DNA of 64,000 nt, taken from Negaprion brevirostris. Its lineage: Eukaryota. A program made the translations under genes and the position numbers. Below, piece by piece: positions 13,173 through 25,320 of this stretch (the stretch's first letter is position 1; each line of letters starts with the position of its first letter). Location of the stretch: positions 56,367,879 through 56,431,878 of the forward strand of contig JARDVH010000084.1 of the NCBI GenBank assembly GCA_030324005.1. Reading direction: 5' to 3'. The notes below the pieces were generated by a model, which was not told where the DNA came from, made no database searches, and saw only the letters and a program-made list of their open reading frames with translations.

Positions 13173-13185
13173 TTGACCTCATCAA

Positions 13186-14516
13186 AACAGTGGAAGATAT
13201 AAATGAACTGACATTCATTGATTGTTGTAAACTGAAGCCTCTCAAACTGTCCAAATGCTCCAATGACCTGGACTGGGACTTAAATGCTGATCTGAGGCCA
13301 ACAATCCAGCCTTTTTCCAAGAAGGTGACTAAGGGACAGAGAGTAAACTTGTTCTTATGAAGTAGTAAGGAACCAATTCAACCAATGAATACCTGAGTGT
13401 GGCCATGATCATTCAATCTCTGTGTGACAACTGGGAAGCTGGAAGACAAAACTTAGGCAACAGAAAAAACTGTTATAATGCCACATTCAATCAGTGGTGG
13501 CCCCTTTGATAAGTGCATCCACGCAGACCCATCCACCAAAAGTGGTAATCAAGAATGGAAGCAATCAGACAAGTCCAAAACTAGAGACAGAACCAAACCA
13601 GGCAATGTCCCTCTCTTCCATATTGGAGGAAACTGATTTTCCTGCTACAGCGAAGTTAGCAGAAGTTGTGGGACAGCAAGGTACTAATTGTTTGCCTTCT
13701 TCATAGCTTTCTATTTTGCCTCCACAAGGAAACAAAGAGGAGTATCAAGTCCAGATCCAGATAAAAGAGTCTTCCATTGTCCATTTTGGAAAACCAGATG
13801 TAGAGCATCAAACAACGTGCGCGTCTGTGTAATATTTAATCATGTTTAGCTTATATTTGAATTGGCCGTAATGAAGACTTTCATTTCATGCATACCAGTT
13901 TATATTATCCGATCTGAACTGGGGCAAATCAGATCTGCTCCAATCCACGCCACAGGGACTGATGATCTGCCTGCCAATATAATCAATGCTTGATAAGCTG
14001 CATTGCATCGCACATCGCTTAAGGAGTTCACGTGCGCTATACACCAATCGTATCCACATACGACTCCATATCTGTAACACATCACAATCTACAGCAGTTG
14101 AATTTATGTTCATCATGAAGAATTTGAGCGCACCAAATACTGCAACTCTTACCAAAGACCAACAAAGTCAAACTAAAGTAGTTCAAATAGAGACTATTTT
14201 CCAAACCTCAAGAGCATGATCAGGAAGAATCATGAAACCGCCTGGCCAATTAAATCTTTGAAATCAGAGACGTGGGGAGAAGTGGTAATGTAAATATAAA
14301 TTTTAAGAACACTTTGATAAAGACTAACAGTACATTCTACAGAGTGTCATAGAGAGGTGGCATGTTTAGGAGTCTAGAGGGAGAAACTCCTGACTTAGAC
14401 GGAGTTGTATCTGTAGTCCTGTACATCTGTAAATAGTTGTGTTCACACAATAAACCAGTTATTGTTCAGACATATCTACGTCTCCTCAACCGTTCCTTAG
14501 CCAATCATAATCAACA
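13186..14516 (+). mobile_element. Gypsy relic A continued: deleted pol end, purine tract and 3' LTR-like segment
   Basis: Continues the protease frame (..DLIK|TVEDINE). SGRIMKPPGQLNL* at ~14219-14261 resembles Gypsy pol C-termini; ggggagaag purine tract, then an AATAAA-containing segment ending ...caaca. Confidence 0.7.
13815..14131. repeat. Local duplication, copy 1 (~320 bp)
   Basis: Aligns in direct orientation with 15658-15996 (catgtttagcttatatt...gttgaatttatgttcatcatga). Confidence 0.95.
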
Positions 14517-15657
14517 CATAATGGAATCAATTTTAGATGGCAGATGACCATTAGGAAAAACAAAGAACAAAAACAGACAAAAATCCATGAGCAGAAAAAT
14601 TGGAATCCTTGCTAACACACGACAACGTTATGTATTGAGAAAGTCAGCTTTGATCCTAAAGGAAACAGGAGAGCCTCCAGTAAAGAAACAACTCTACTAG
14701 TCAGGCAATATAATTTTGCTCTATAAATGTGTTTTTCCCTGTATTAACTGCACCACACCAGGGCTGACAGAAACTTGCACTCCAAGTGGAAGGCCAAATT
14801 TATGCAAGCAAATTAATTCGACAGGGGTTTTCTCACACATTTATTCTAAAGAATTCTAAAGGATGAGTTGATCAGCTCACTCACACCTGCCCTTAAATAT
14901 TATTCATTTTACAATCTCCCATGACACTCTCCACAAACTTAAGTGGTGCGGACCTCCTTTCTCTTGTCTCAATCACGAACACAATATTTCCTAATTCTGT
15001 CCCTTTCTGTTCAAAACAGAATAGATTTGATTAGTTCTAGACTGCGAAAACAATTGCTTTAAAATTTATCCCATAGCTTCCATAAACACTTCTGAAGTAT
15101 GAACATATTAAATAGTTGACCATTTTTAATGAACATTTCCTCTAGCATCAGTATTTCTCCCTCCTTAATAAACAAACATTAACCATTCATCAGGGACAGC
15201 TAGAAACAAAAGATAAGATTAAACCAAGACATCTACTATCTGCTTCCCTGAATCCAGTTAGAGGGAAACAGTACAATTTGACCATCGTGACAGCGTAGGG
15301 TGATTACAACTGAGTTTGATCCTATTGTAAACCAACATCCAGAAACGCACTCTTCAGCACAGTTCGTTAGACTAGGAAAAGGAGGCTAAGCTGATTTTTC
15401 CCTCTGATCTCTCTCCTCACACCTGGTCACAAAATCTCTTCAACAATTCTCTCTTTAAAGAGATCTTGGGTTGTCACCTCCTACTCTTTTTTGAATACCT
15501 GTCTGATGCCAAAAACATCTCTTTTCTGCCATCCCTCCCCCATGAGGCCATGTCTGGATATGTCACTTATTAACGTGCTATACAAGTTGCTCTGACCACT
15601 ATAACTTCCCACTGCACCACATTTGATCTACCTGCTGACTTGTCCGTGTGAACAATG

Positions 15658-15996
15658 ACGTGTGTGTATGCGCACGCACGTGTGTAATATCTAAACCTCA
15701 TGTTTAGCTTATATTGGAATTGGCCATAATGAAGACTTTCATTTCACGCATACCAGTTTACATTATCCAATCTGAACTGGGGCAAATCAGATCTGCTCCA
15801 ATCCAACTCCACAGGGACTGACAATCCATCTGCCTGCCAATATAATCAATGCTTGATAAGCTGCAGTGCATCGCACACCGCTTAAAGCGTTCACATGTGC
15901 TATGCACCAGTCGCCTCCACATACAACTCCATACCTGTAAAACACACCACAATCTACAGCAGTTGAATTTATGTTCATCATGAGGAATTTGAGTGC
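15658..15996. repeat. Local duplication, copy 2 (probable donor)
   Basis: Aligns with 13815-14131 and lies in unique-looking sequence. Confidence 0.95.
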
Positions 15997-18019
15997 CTAC
16001 TTTCAAAAAGTAATATTACTATGTGGTACACAAGCAAGCCAGGGCTGGACAACTACCCCAACAGAATAGGATGAAGATATATGCTGTTTAATAGTGGGTT
16101 TGAACTGTGATCAGCTCATTTTACAAGAACGGTGTGCACACATACAATCCATGGGCAATGGATTGCAAGATTCATGTTTTTTTAAACCATCCCTGCCTGC
16201 AAGATGCCCACCAACTTGCGCATTATATGCCTGCCAAATGACAACTACTTTGTTTTTAACCCTGGCCCTGTTGAGATTTTACTGGGCATGACTTCAAACC
16301 TCATATTCGACGAATCATACAACATAGCAAATACATTGCCATTTTATGATCACAGCAAAGAAACTTGACATTAAATGGATCTTTATGGATGTTAAGATTA
16401 AGACAGTTAAATGTTACCATGAGCAGATATGAAATAAAACGCTAAACGCATCACTACCATCCATCCTTTGGTGCAGAGGTATGGGAGAAATTCAAAGCAC
16501 TTGCACTGCATTGTAATGGAACATTGTCAGGAAGGGTGGAGAAGGGCAGATGGGTTAAGAGGACAGGATGCAGTGTGCATCAAGGGAAAATATATTTGCT
16601 GCCATATTTTTGAAATGTAATTTTTTCCAAAAAACACAACAGGCAGATATATTCAATGGGCTCACCCTCAAATATCATTTTAATGAATAAATTCTCAAAT
16701 TAATGTAAATTGTCAAAGAGTAGGGGGAAAAAAAAATCGCTCAATCCTCAAAATTGTTACACATACGAAGAAATCAAAGTCTTGATCCTCAGTAATAAAG
16801 TAGACATGTTTTTCTGAAAATACAAGGTGGCATTCTTTCAACTTTATTGACAACACTTGAGGCTGCAAAGCTGGTGCTGAACACACTGCAAACTGCTGTT
16901 CAGTCCAATTCCCTTGGCAACCCCAATGGCCCTGCTCATGCCCTTTTAGCAAAAAGCAGAACCAGATGACAGATTGACTACCAAGTAGCTGCATGTGTCA
17001 GCAAGATGGAATGAACAATTCACTGAACAGTCTAGTGGCAACAGCCCCACTACATCATGACAAAAATCCACATTCCTCACCTCTGAGGAATTATCTTCAT
17101 TTGCCAATTGTCCCAGCATAGCAATCATATATACAAATAGCAACCACCCTTTCCCTGCCTGTCCACACAACCCCCAGCCATCCCCACTACTGGATTCACA
17201 CTGAGCAAACAAAACACATGTAGATTAATACACCAAAATATTATCTCAAAATATATTCTAATTTCCAAGGTCAACTAAACAAGTTGAGATCCTAGTTTAC
17301 TTTTAGAAGATTAAATGCCAGCTAAAAAATTAAGATTTTCCAACACATCTGGATACCACTGGAGCTCAGTTGCTTTGTTCAAGTTGTGTATAANNNNNNN
17401 NNNNNNNNNNNNNNNNNNNNNNNNNNNNNNNNNNNNNNNNNNNNNNNNNNNNNNNNNNNNNNNNNNNNNNNNNNNNNNNNNNNNNNNNNNNNNAGTTGTG
17501 TATAAACTAGGCCTATGCAAGATCTTTCAATACCTTACCAACGTGTATTGGTATTCTCCTGGTTTACATATCTCAAATTCTATCCCTGGTCCTTGCTGAA
17601 CTTGCCAATCCTGGCCGTGATGATGATACAATTGCTGTCATACTCCTCAACTGCTATCCAACAGCCTTGCTCGCAAGTTCACAAATGGATACACCAAAGA
17701 GGGGAAGATCTGGCTCACTTATCACAGCTCCTATAGTTGAATAATCACTGCCAAAGTTCACATTTCAGGAATGGTCAACATTTCCTCCACAATAGGTCAG
17801 CTGCTTAATGCAATCAACACGTAAACCATGAAACTAGAAAGAGTCCAAATTTTATCTCTAATGTATTCCAAATTAACAATTCCTACCAGGAGCAATGGAA
17901 GGGGTACTACAACTGTCCTCGGTACCCACTCCTGGCTGCAATGCAGCAACCATGAAAACTGGAGTTCTGTTTGTGCAGTTATGACTGGATTGAGTTTGCT
18001 TTTGATGTTGCCTATTCAT

Positions 18020-18490
18020 AAATAGAAACAGCAGTAGGCCATTCAGTCCTTCAAGTCCACTCTGCCAGGGCTGATCTTGTACTTCAACATCATTTTCCTG
18101 CACTCTCTCATATTCCTTAATGTTTTTAATATGCAGGAATCAGTTGGTCTTAGTCTTGAACATACTCAATAGAGCCCCCACAGCCCTCAGACTGGACATT
18201 ACAAAAGATTCACGACCGCAAGTGAAAAAAGTTCTCATCTCAATCTTAAATGGCCTGCTCCTTATTCTGTGTCCCCAGTCCTAGAATCCCCTCAATCAAG
18301 GGAAACATCCTTCCTACATCTACCTCGTTGAGCTCTGTTAGAATTATATATTTCAATGAGATCACCTGTCATTCTTCTAAACTCTAGAGAATAAAGGCTT
18401 ATTCTATGTAATCTTGCCTCATAGGATAAACTCTTTGACCCAGGAATTAGTCTAGTGAACCTTAGTTGCGCTGCCTTCATGACAAGTATA
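18020..18490 (-). mobile_element. CR1 LINE 3' fragment
   Basis: QLRFTRLIPGSKSLSYEARLHRISLYSLEFRRMTGDLIEIY (ORF 18292-18519). Confidence 0.88.
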
Positions 18491-20519
18491 CCTACGGCTA
18501 GTAGTCTAACAGCCTGCAAAAACTCATCTGTCTAAACTCACATCTTTTGGGTAAAACAGCAAAAAGTTCCTGCCATCAGACCTTTATCTCTTCAAACTGT
18601 CAAAGCATTTGTGGAATGGGACAGGATGCTAACTTGTAGAAGGTGAGCAAAAAAATATCCACTTGGGTAAGGTACCAGAGCACTACAAATACTCCAGTTT
18701 ATCACTAGCCCAAGTCTACGAGGGAGGCTATTTTGGCAAGGATGGCAAGGAAAAGGTACAAAATTAAAAAAGAATTCAAATATACCACACAAGAACCAAC
18801 CACACTAGAGATTAGATGCCAACTGTACTGATCCAGCACACTAGCATGCACTGAAGGTCTGTTGTGAAAAGCAATATACATTTGCTCACTGGCACACACA
18901 CATTGCCTTGTAGACATTACATTCTTTTTGCAAAAGTGCCAAGTAAGGCATTTATCCAATGGGGGCTGCAGAGCCAAGCCAGTTCTATCTGTGGTCCAGA
19001 ACCAGGGCCAACATTTCCCTCCCTAGCTCAGGGGCATGCAGGGCAGGTTTACAGATTGCTGCATGTTTAAGACTACTATTACAATTAACTTGTGAACGAC
19101 TAGTGAAAGATGCACATTGTTGAAACAATGCAGTTTTTGTACAAACCCCACCTGTAATTTAAGCCCTTCATGATCCACACCTTCAAAGTGAGGCACACTC
19201 CCTTCATCTATTTTGTGAGGTTGTTTATGTACATACAAACACGTTAATTCAGCAGGCAACAAACTCCTTGCATTAACTTAATTAACTTCAGCAAAACAAT
19301 TCATACCACAATCATAACCAGTTTGGAAAATGTATTCCCCAGCTTTAAAATAAAGAAAGGTTTGCATAATTAGTAATGTCTTGCACACAATAGCTCAGTG
19401 GGTCAATCCAACAGATACACTAAAGTGTACAAGTTTAATTTAATTCCTAGTAAATGATGAGTTAGCAAAGACTTTGGACGCGCAATGTACACATCTCAGA
19501 ACTCATTTGAACCACGTACTTATTTCTGAATGAAAGCAACAGGCTGGATGCAGAACCAAATCAAATATAAACACCAAAATTATCTCCAAAACCAATTTTG
19601 TGAATTCATATTGAGCCTTTATACACAAAGGCTCTTCATAGTCTTCACTGTGGCATTTAGACCACAAACAAAAGGTTGAGTGGTCCCTGGCTGTAATATT
19701 AAGCTATAGACTTCCAGAGGCCTCAAGTACAGTGAGACACATCCATCTGTCAATTGAACAGCACAAATTAACATGCTCAGCTCTGTCAGGCAGCCTACTC
19801 AACCAAATTCTAGGCAGGCAAATTAACAGATCTCCCACCACAGACTTCCTCCTTCCACCATTTCCCTCTGCCCAGGCCTCCTGCTCTTTGCAGTTTCCCT
19901 GCTGGGGAGAACTTAAAAATTGAAGCTACAATTGAAAGATATGTGAAAACCAGTGTTTATATTGTATACTTTGCAGAGCTTTAATCTTCAGTGAAGGAAC
20001 AGCTATTTTTCTCAGTGCTACAAATAGTAACCAAGAGCAGTAAATATCTTTTTACATTTTGGCCAATTCCCCTTGAGTGAGGCTGGCTGTTTACGTCCAA
20101 TTTGGGACAGTTTTGTGTTGTGCCTGCATACACTAGGGACCACACTGCATCTTATAACTTCTACTTAGAATCAATACAGATTTTAATTCCAGAATCTAGT
20201 CTGACTTTTAATCTAGATTTGAAAGGTTAGTATCTCACCCACTTCACCACTCAGTCCTTTGTAAAAGCTTCATTTAAGGGCTCTGCAAAGGATCAACACT
20301 CCTGCATGCAAATACTTTGACAAAAACATTCAAAAGAGTGAATGTATGTCCCATACCAAGAAAGCAATTTTGTTAACTTTTTGCTTTATCTTTATAAAAC
20401 AACTACCTCTGTAACCTTTGGTTTCAAGTTAAATAAANNNNNNNNNNNNNCTAATTCTGGAATACTTTTACAGCCAAAGATCCTTTGCAGGACTGAGTCA
20501 CAAGATTGCAAAAATGGCC

Positions 20520-20850
20520 AATTTTCCATACCTGCACCCAGCTGAGCTAATCTGGTTTCTGTAAGGGTAACTAAGGACAACTACTGTCTCCATATCCACC
20601 CGGGTGTAGTCTGGGAGAAGGTGGTGGAGATGTGTAACAAAAACAGCTTAAATCCCCACTCCTGGCTGTGACCCCTGTTAGAAAGTACACATGGGAAAAT
20701 TGAGTAAAGGCAGGGATTTAATTGAGTTGCTCCACTCCCCAGTTAAATAGTCCTCTGATACTCCCAGAAGCTACAAGGGAAGGAAGCAAATTTGGGCAAG
20801 ATGTCAGTGTTAAGAAACCATGTACTTCAACACCTCGAGGAAAGAGAAGA
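20520..20850 (+). mobile_element. LF-SINE-like relic
   Basis: gctgagctaatctgg...gtgacccctgttagaaagtacac...aggcagggatt...aaatagtcc...gaggaaagag follows the recalled LF-SINE block order. Confidence 0.5.
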
Positions 20851-21724
20851 ATCTCAGAATCAAAACTGTGCAAAAAAATGAGAAATAATTATACGTAAAT
20901 TGTAACAACTGCAGACACGTTCAAAAGTTACCAATCACCATTTGTTCCACGCAAACTGATATCATTGGTGCAAGATACACTTCGGCTAACTTGATTCTGA
21001 GGACAAGGTCATCTCCATTTTGCTGACTTCAAGTACTCTTGGCACCCGAAGCTGAACTAGCCAATCTCATTCTGCATAGTGCAGAGTACAAGCGCCAAGT
21101 CAACTTCCTTGTTTATCAGCAACCCACCGGTAGACTAAGCAAGACAACAATTTACATCAACCTGTGAAAAGCTTTTCCATAAAATATTAAACATCAAGCC
21201 AACAAAACTTGGCATTTCTGACAAGATTCTCTCCTTGAAACATTAACCTCTTTTTCCATTTCGATGGACATTTTTGCTTTTGTTCAGGACTTCCGATTTA
21301 CCAGACTGTTTATAAAGAGGGAAGCTTCCTGTCCACAATTCCATCATCACTTCAGTGTGAATACAAAGAAATCACTTAATTTTTTTTAAAGGGCCTGGTC
21401 CTCATCATCAAGGAATATCTCAAGGATCATTTATGTTTTACTTTTGGGAAAAGCTTAAGAAAAAAAATATTTTTAGGAAGAAGAGTTTCGTGTAAAAAAA
21501 ATGCAAAAGAAGTTCGCATCATTTTGCTCTACAGCTTAATTTTTCACCATGTGTTCTTTCTCCTCTCAAAATATCACAAATCAATGTATCCTCTATAATT
21601 AAACAGATCCAATACTAAATGGACATTGCTAATTTTCACCACCTCCCCAAATATCAGTCAACAACTGTGCATCTAATATCAAAACGCTGCTGCCAATTTT
21701 TCAAATAGTTAATGATCCCCTAGT

Positions 21725-22080
21725 TCATGTGGAGTATTGAGTGCAATTTTGGTGTCTTTATCTGAGGAAGGATGTCCTTGCTATAGAGGCAGTACAGCAA
21801 AGGTTTACCTAGGATGGCAGGTCTGTCATACGAGGAGAGACTAAGTTGGTTAGGATTATATTCACTGGACTTTAAGAGTGAGAGGGGATCTCATAGAAAC
21901 TTATAATATTCTAATAGAGTTAGACAGGGTAGATTCAGACAGAATGACCCCAATGATGGGGGAGTCCAGAACTACGTGTCATAGTGTAAAGAAAAGGGGT
22001 AAATTTTAGAACTGAGGTAAAGAGAAATTTCTTCACCCAGGGGGTGGTGAATGTGTGGAATTCACTGTAGTTTCTATGAC
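21725..22080 (+). mobile_element. CR1 LINE fragment
   Basis: ggagtattgagtgcaattttgg...aggaaggatgtccttgctatagagg...tttcttcacccagggggtggtgaatgtgtggaattc. Confidence 0.85.
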
Positions 22081-22989
22081 TGACTGAAAAATCATGCAGT
22101 TACCATTCATAACAAGGAGAAGGCAGACTGAAGGAAAATGCATGTTGACAGGATATAGTAGGACATAAAACTCCAGATCAATTCAAATTGAGCACAGGAT
22201 GATTCTGGACCAACTCAGAAATTAGGAGTTCACCACATTTACCATAGAGAGAACCAAAAGCACAAAGTTAATCTAAATTACCATCAAGGCAGACATTTTC
22301 GCAGTAAAAGAGGGGTCTGATTTGTTCACTCAGCAAAAGAGAGAAGTCAGAAAAATGCACACGTTTCATCAACACTGCTGCCCCCAATTCACTCCTAACT
22401 CTCGCAGATTAGCCTCAACTTTAACATGTGACTGCTTGTCATTCTTAGGTGATATGGAACATGTTTGATGGAAAAGCTGATTTTTTTTTCTAGTCTTTTT
22501 TTTTGTAAGGTTCTAATAGATTGGCATCAAATTAGAAATAAATAATTCGGACAACGTACATACAGTCCAATAGAAAACTCAATAGTAAACATCACCAACC
22601 TGCAAATCTTTTTAGAGGAAAGTGGCATTACATAAACCTACAAGCATTTACAGGATCACAACTGTTATGACGCAAGAGGAGGCCATTTGGCCCATCTTGG
22701 TTGCACTAACCGCCAAACAAGCATCATGACTTAGAGTTATTCCTCTATATTTTCCTCTACTTCTTTATATTGACTGAATTTTACAATCCCGCCCGCCATA
22801 GAAATTGTAATGGGTGGGACACAGAACATGCAAAGTTCCATTGACCTCGGATGGGACTTTCTGGTCTTGGGGCGAGCGCAGCTGGAAAATCCCACCCACT
22901 GTTTCTGTTTAAGCATTTACTCTGCAAGTTCTACACTGTGGAACATGCATTAACAAAGGTACAAAATGTAAATGCAAGTTAACATAGAA

Positions 22990-24960
22990 AGGTGATGACA
23001 GCTGCTTCACAGAAAACAGCTGGATACCAAACCAACGGAGGAAATATTAGGAGAGGTATTGAAAACCCTGTTCAAAGGAGGATTTTTTGTATCAAGAGAT
23101 GGAAGGGTCAGGGAGGGAATTCTAGAGGAAAGATCTGGACAACTGAAAATGCTTCCATCAATGGTAGGGCAAAAAAAAGGAATAAGCCAGAAACAGAGAA
23201 TACTTCTTGAGAGTAATTGGAGAGGAGAATGCAAGTCACATAAATTCAGGTGCATAAACCAGGAAAGGATTTGAACACAAGGATGAGATTTTAAATTGGA
23301 GACTTTGGAGGATGAGGCACCAATGTCAATGAGAAAGGGAGGAGTGATGAGTGCATGGGACAGGACACAGGCAAAGTTTTGTACAAGTAGATGGTTACAG
23401 AGCAAGGAGAAGCCACCAGACAGGATAACATTACAATAGCAGAGTCTGGAAATGCCAAAGGCATCTTGGAGAATTTGAGCAACAAAATGATGACATTACC
23501 AAGTTGGAAATCTTTGTTTTAGAGTTGGAAGTTCAGCTGCAATAGACGATGCCTTAATACAACTTGACACATTTGACAAGTAAAAGCATGATTATGAAAT
23601 TGACAGCGAAAGCACAGAGTTTGTGGCTGGGGAAAAAGAGGCCATCTTCCATCTTCTTAATATTTAATTGGAAGAAACTATGGCTGAAATGGGATTAGAT
23701 CTCAGAGAAGCAGTTTAGCAAAGCAGAGGCAGAGAAAGGATCAAGTAATGGTGGCAAAAACATAGAACTAAGTTTTGTTAGTGTACACGTCAAAGCTAAC
23801 CTCATGTCTGCAAAATGCCTCACATGGGCAGCACATCGACAAAGTCACTGAGGGGACCCAGGACAAATCTTTGGGCACTTTGAGGCAATGGTGCCAGAGG
23901 CAAAATAAAAGCCATTGGTGGTGATGCACTGACTATGATTTGTTAAGAAAAAATGGAACCAAGTTTTTGTTAAATTTTATCCCTTTCTCTGAGTTACAAA
24001 GATGTGCAGAGCAGATGGAGCAAGCCCTTAATCCAACCTTGCTTGCTCCAGAAAGAAAATCCAAATTGAAATTAATTCATGGCCCCCACAAAAGAGACAA
24101 CCTAGATCCAAGGTGGCAAGAACAGGCATTACGCTTGATTCTACGTTGATCTCAGCCAAACAGCTAAGAATGGAACCAAGTTGGACAGAGCTAAGGCATT
24201 GTAAGAGTATAGTGTGATGGTATCATGTTGAAGAGAGCAGTCTTGAAGAAGTGAAAGTGCATCATGGTTACTGGAGTAAATTATGTAGTTTGAGGGTTGT
24301 ATCAGCAGTCTTAACAGTGTCAAAAAGAGAAGCATGGAGTTGCAGAAAAGATGGCAAGAGAATTGGAAGGCAAATTCAGCTGTGAATGAGAAAGGGAGGT
24401 TGGAGATGGGGTGTTAGTTTGCAAGAACATGACTGAGGATTGGCATTTGTGGGGGCAGGGAGCACTTGCAATGTTAGCTAGATAGCCAAGATGCTTCACA
24501 GGATCAAGGAGACAGAAGTTGAAACTTATGGACAAAACCAGTTTGGAGATAGGAAGTGGGGATATAGGAAAGAGATTGGAGAAGGACTCAGCAACAGAAC
24601 TAGTGAAAAAGGAAGTTTTAACTCCACCAGTGGCATCAGTGCTTTCAGTTTCCATGGCCCAAAACCTCCTTTTTGTTAAAGCTATCGGTCATCTGTCTTA
24701 ATGCTCTAGAGTAGTGTGGCCTGGGGTCAAGTTTTGGCTGAAAAAACTCTATGAAGCACCTACAGGCAATTTACTACAGTAAAAGCATGATATAAAAATA
24801 AACTGTTGACATGGGCAAAGGGAAACGGAGGAAGCAAAAGAAGCAGCTGACCAGATAGTGTTAAGTCTTAGTGACAAAGAAACCCATTAATTCATGGTGA
24901 TGTGGAGGTGGGAGATGTTCAAGTGAATGGTAGCCAAGAGAAGAAACAACAGGACAGGAT
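22990..24960 (-). mobile_element. Degenerate L2-like LINE
   Basis: Purine-rich plus strand typical of antisense L2; reverse complement resembles the L2 at 8576-9905 (e.g. gatttgaacacaaggatgagattttaaattgg, catcgacaaag, ggagtaaattatgtagtttgagg). Confidence 0.6.
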
Positions 24961-25126
24961 AAGAACAATTAAGATGGAGGTAAGGTAGCAGTTAATTTAA
25001 ACAACACATACACACAGATAAAATTTGCAGAAATAATTCAGGAAATAGTTACGATACTGATATCATTCACAATGACCACAGTCAACACAAAATTTAAAAA
25101 ATTAATAACTACATTCTAGGTCATCA

Positions 25127-25320
25127 GAACATAAGAAATAGGAGCAGGNNNNNNNNNNNNNNNNNNNNNNNNNNNNNNNNNNNNNNNNNNNNNNNNNNNN
25201 NNNNNNNNNNNNNNNNNNNNNNNNNNNNNNNNNNNNNNNNNNNNNNNNACACTCAGTTCCCTCCTCCAGATCATCTATATAAATGGTAAATAGCCGAGGC
25301 CCCAGCACCGACCCCTGCTG
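25127..25320 (-). mobile_element. CR1 LINE spanning a gap
   Basis: agaacataagaaataggagcagg tail, and QGSVLGPRLFTIYIDDLEEGTEC on the other side of the Ns. Confidence 0.85.

Noticed and set aside
15695-15986. C/D-box snoRNA reading of the duplicated segment (ATGATGA near its minus-strand 5' end)
   Set aside because: No CTGA box D adjacent to the terminal stem and the length is atypical; kept only as an alternative to test with Rfam.
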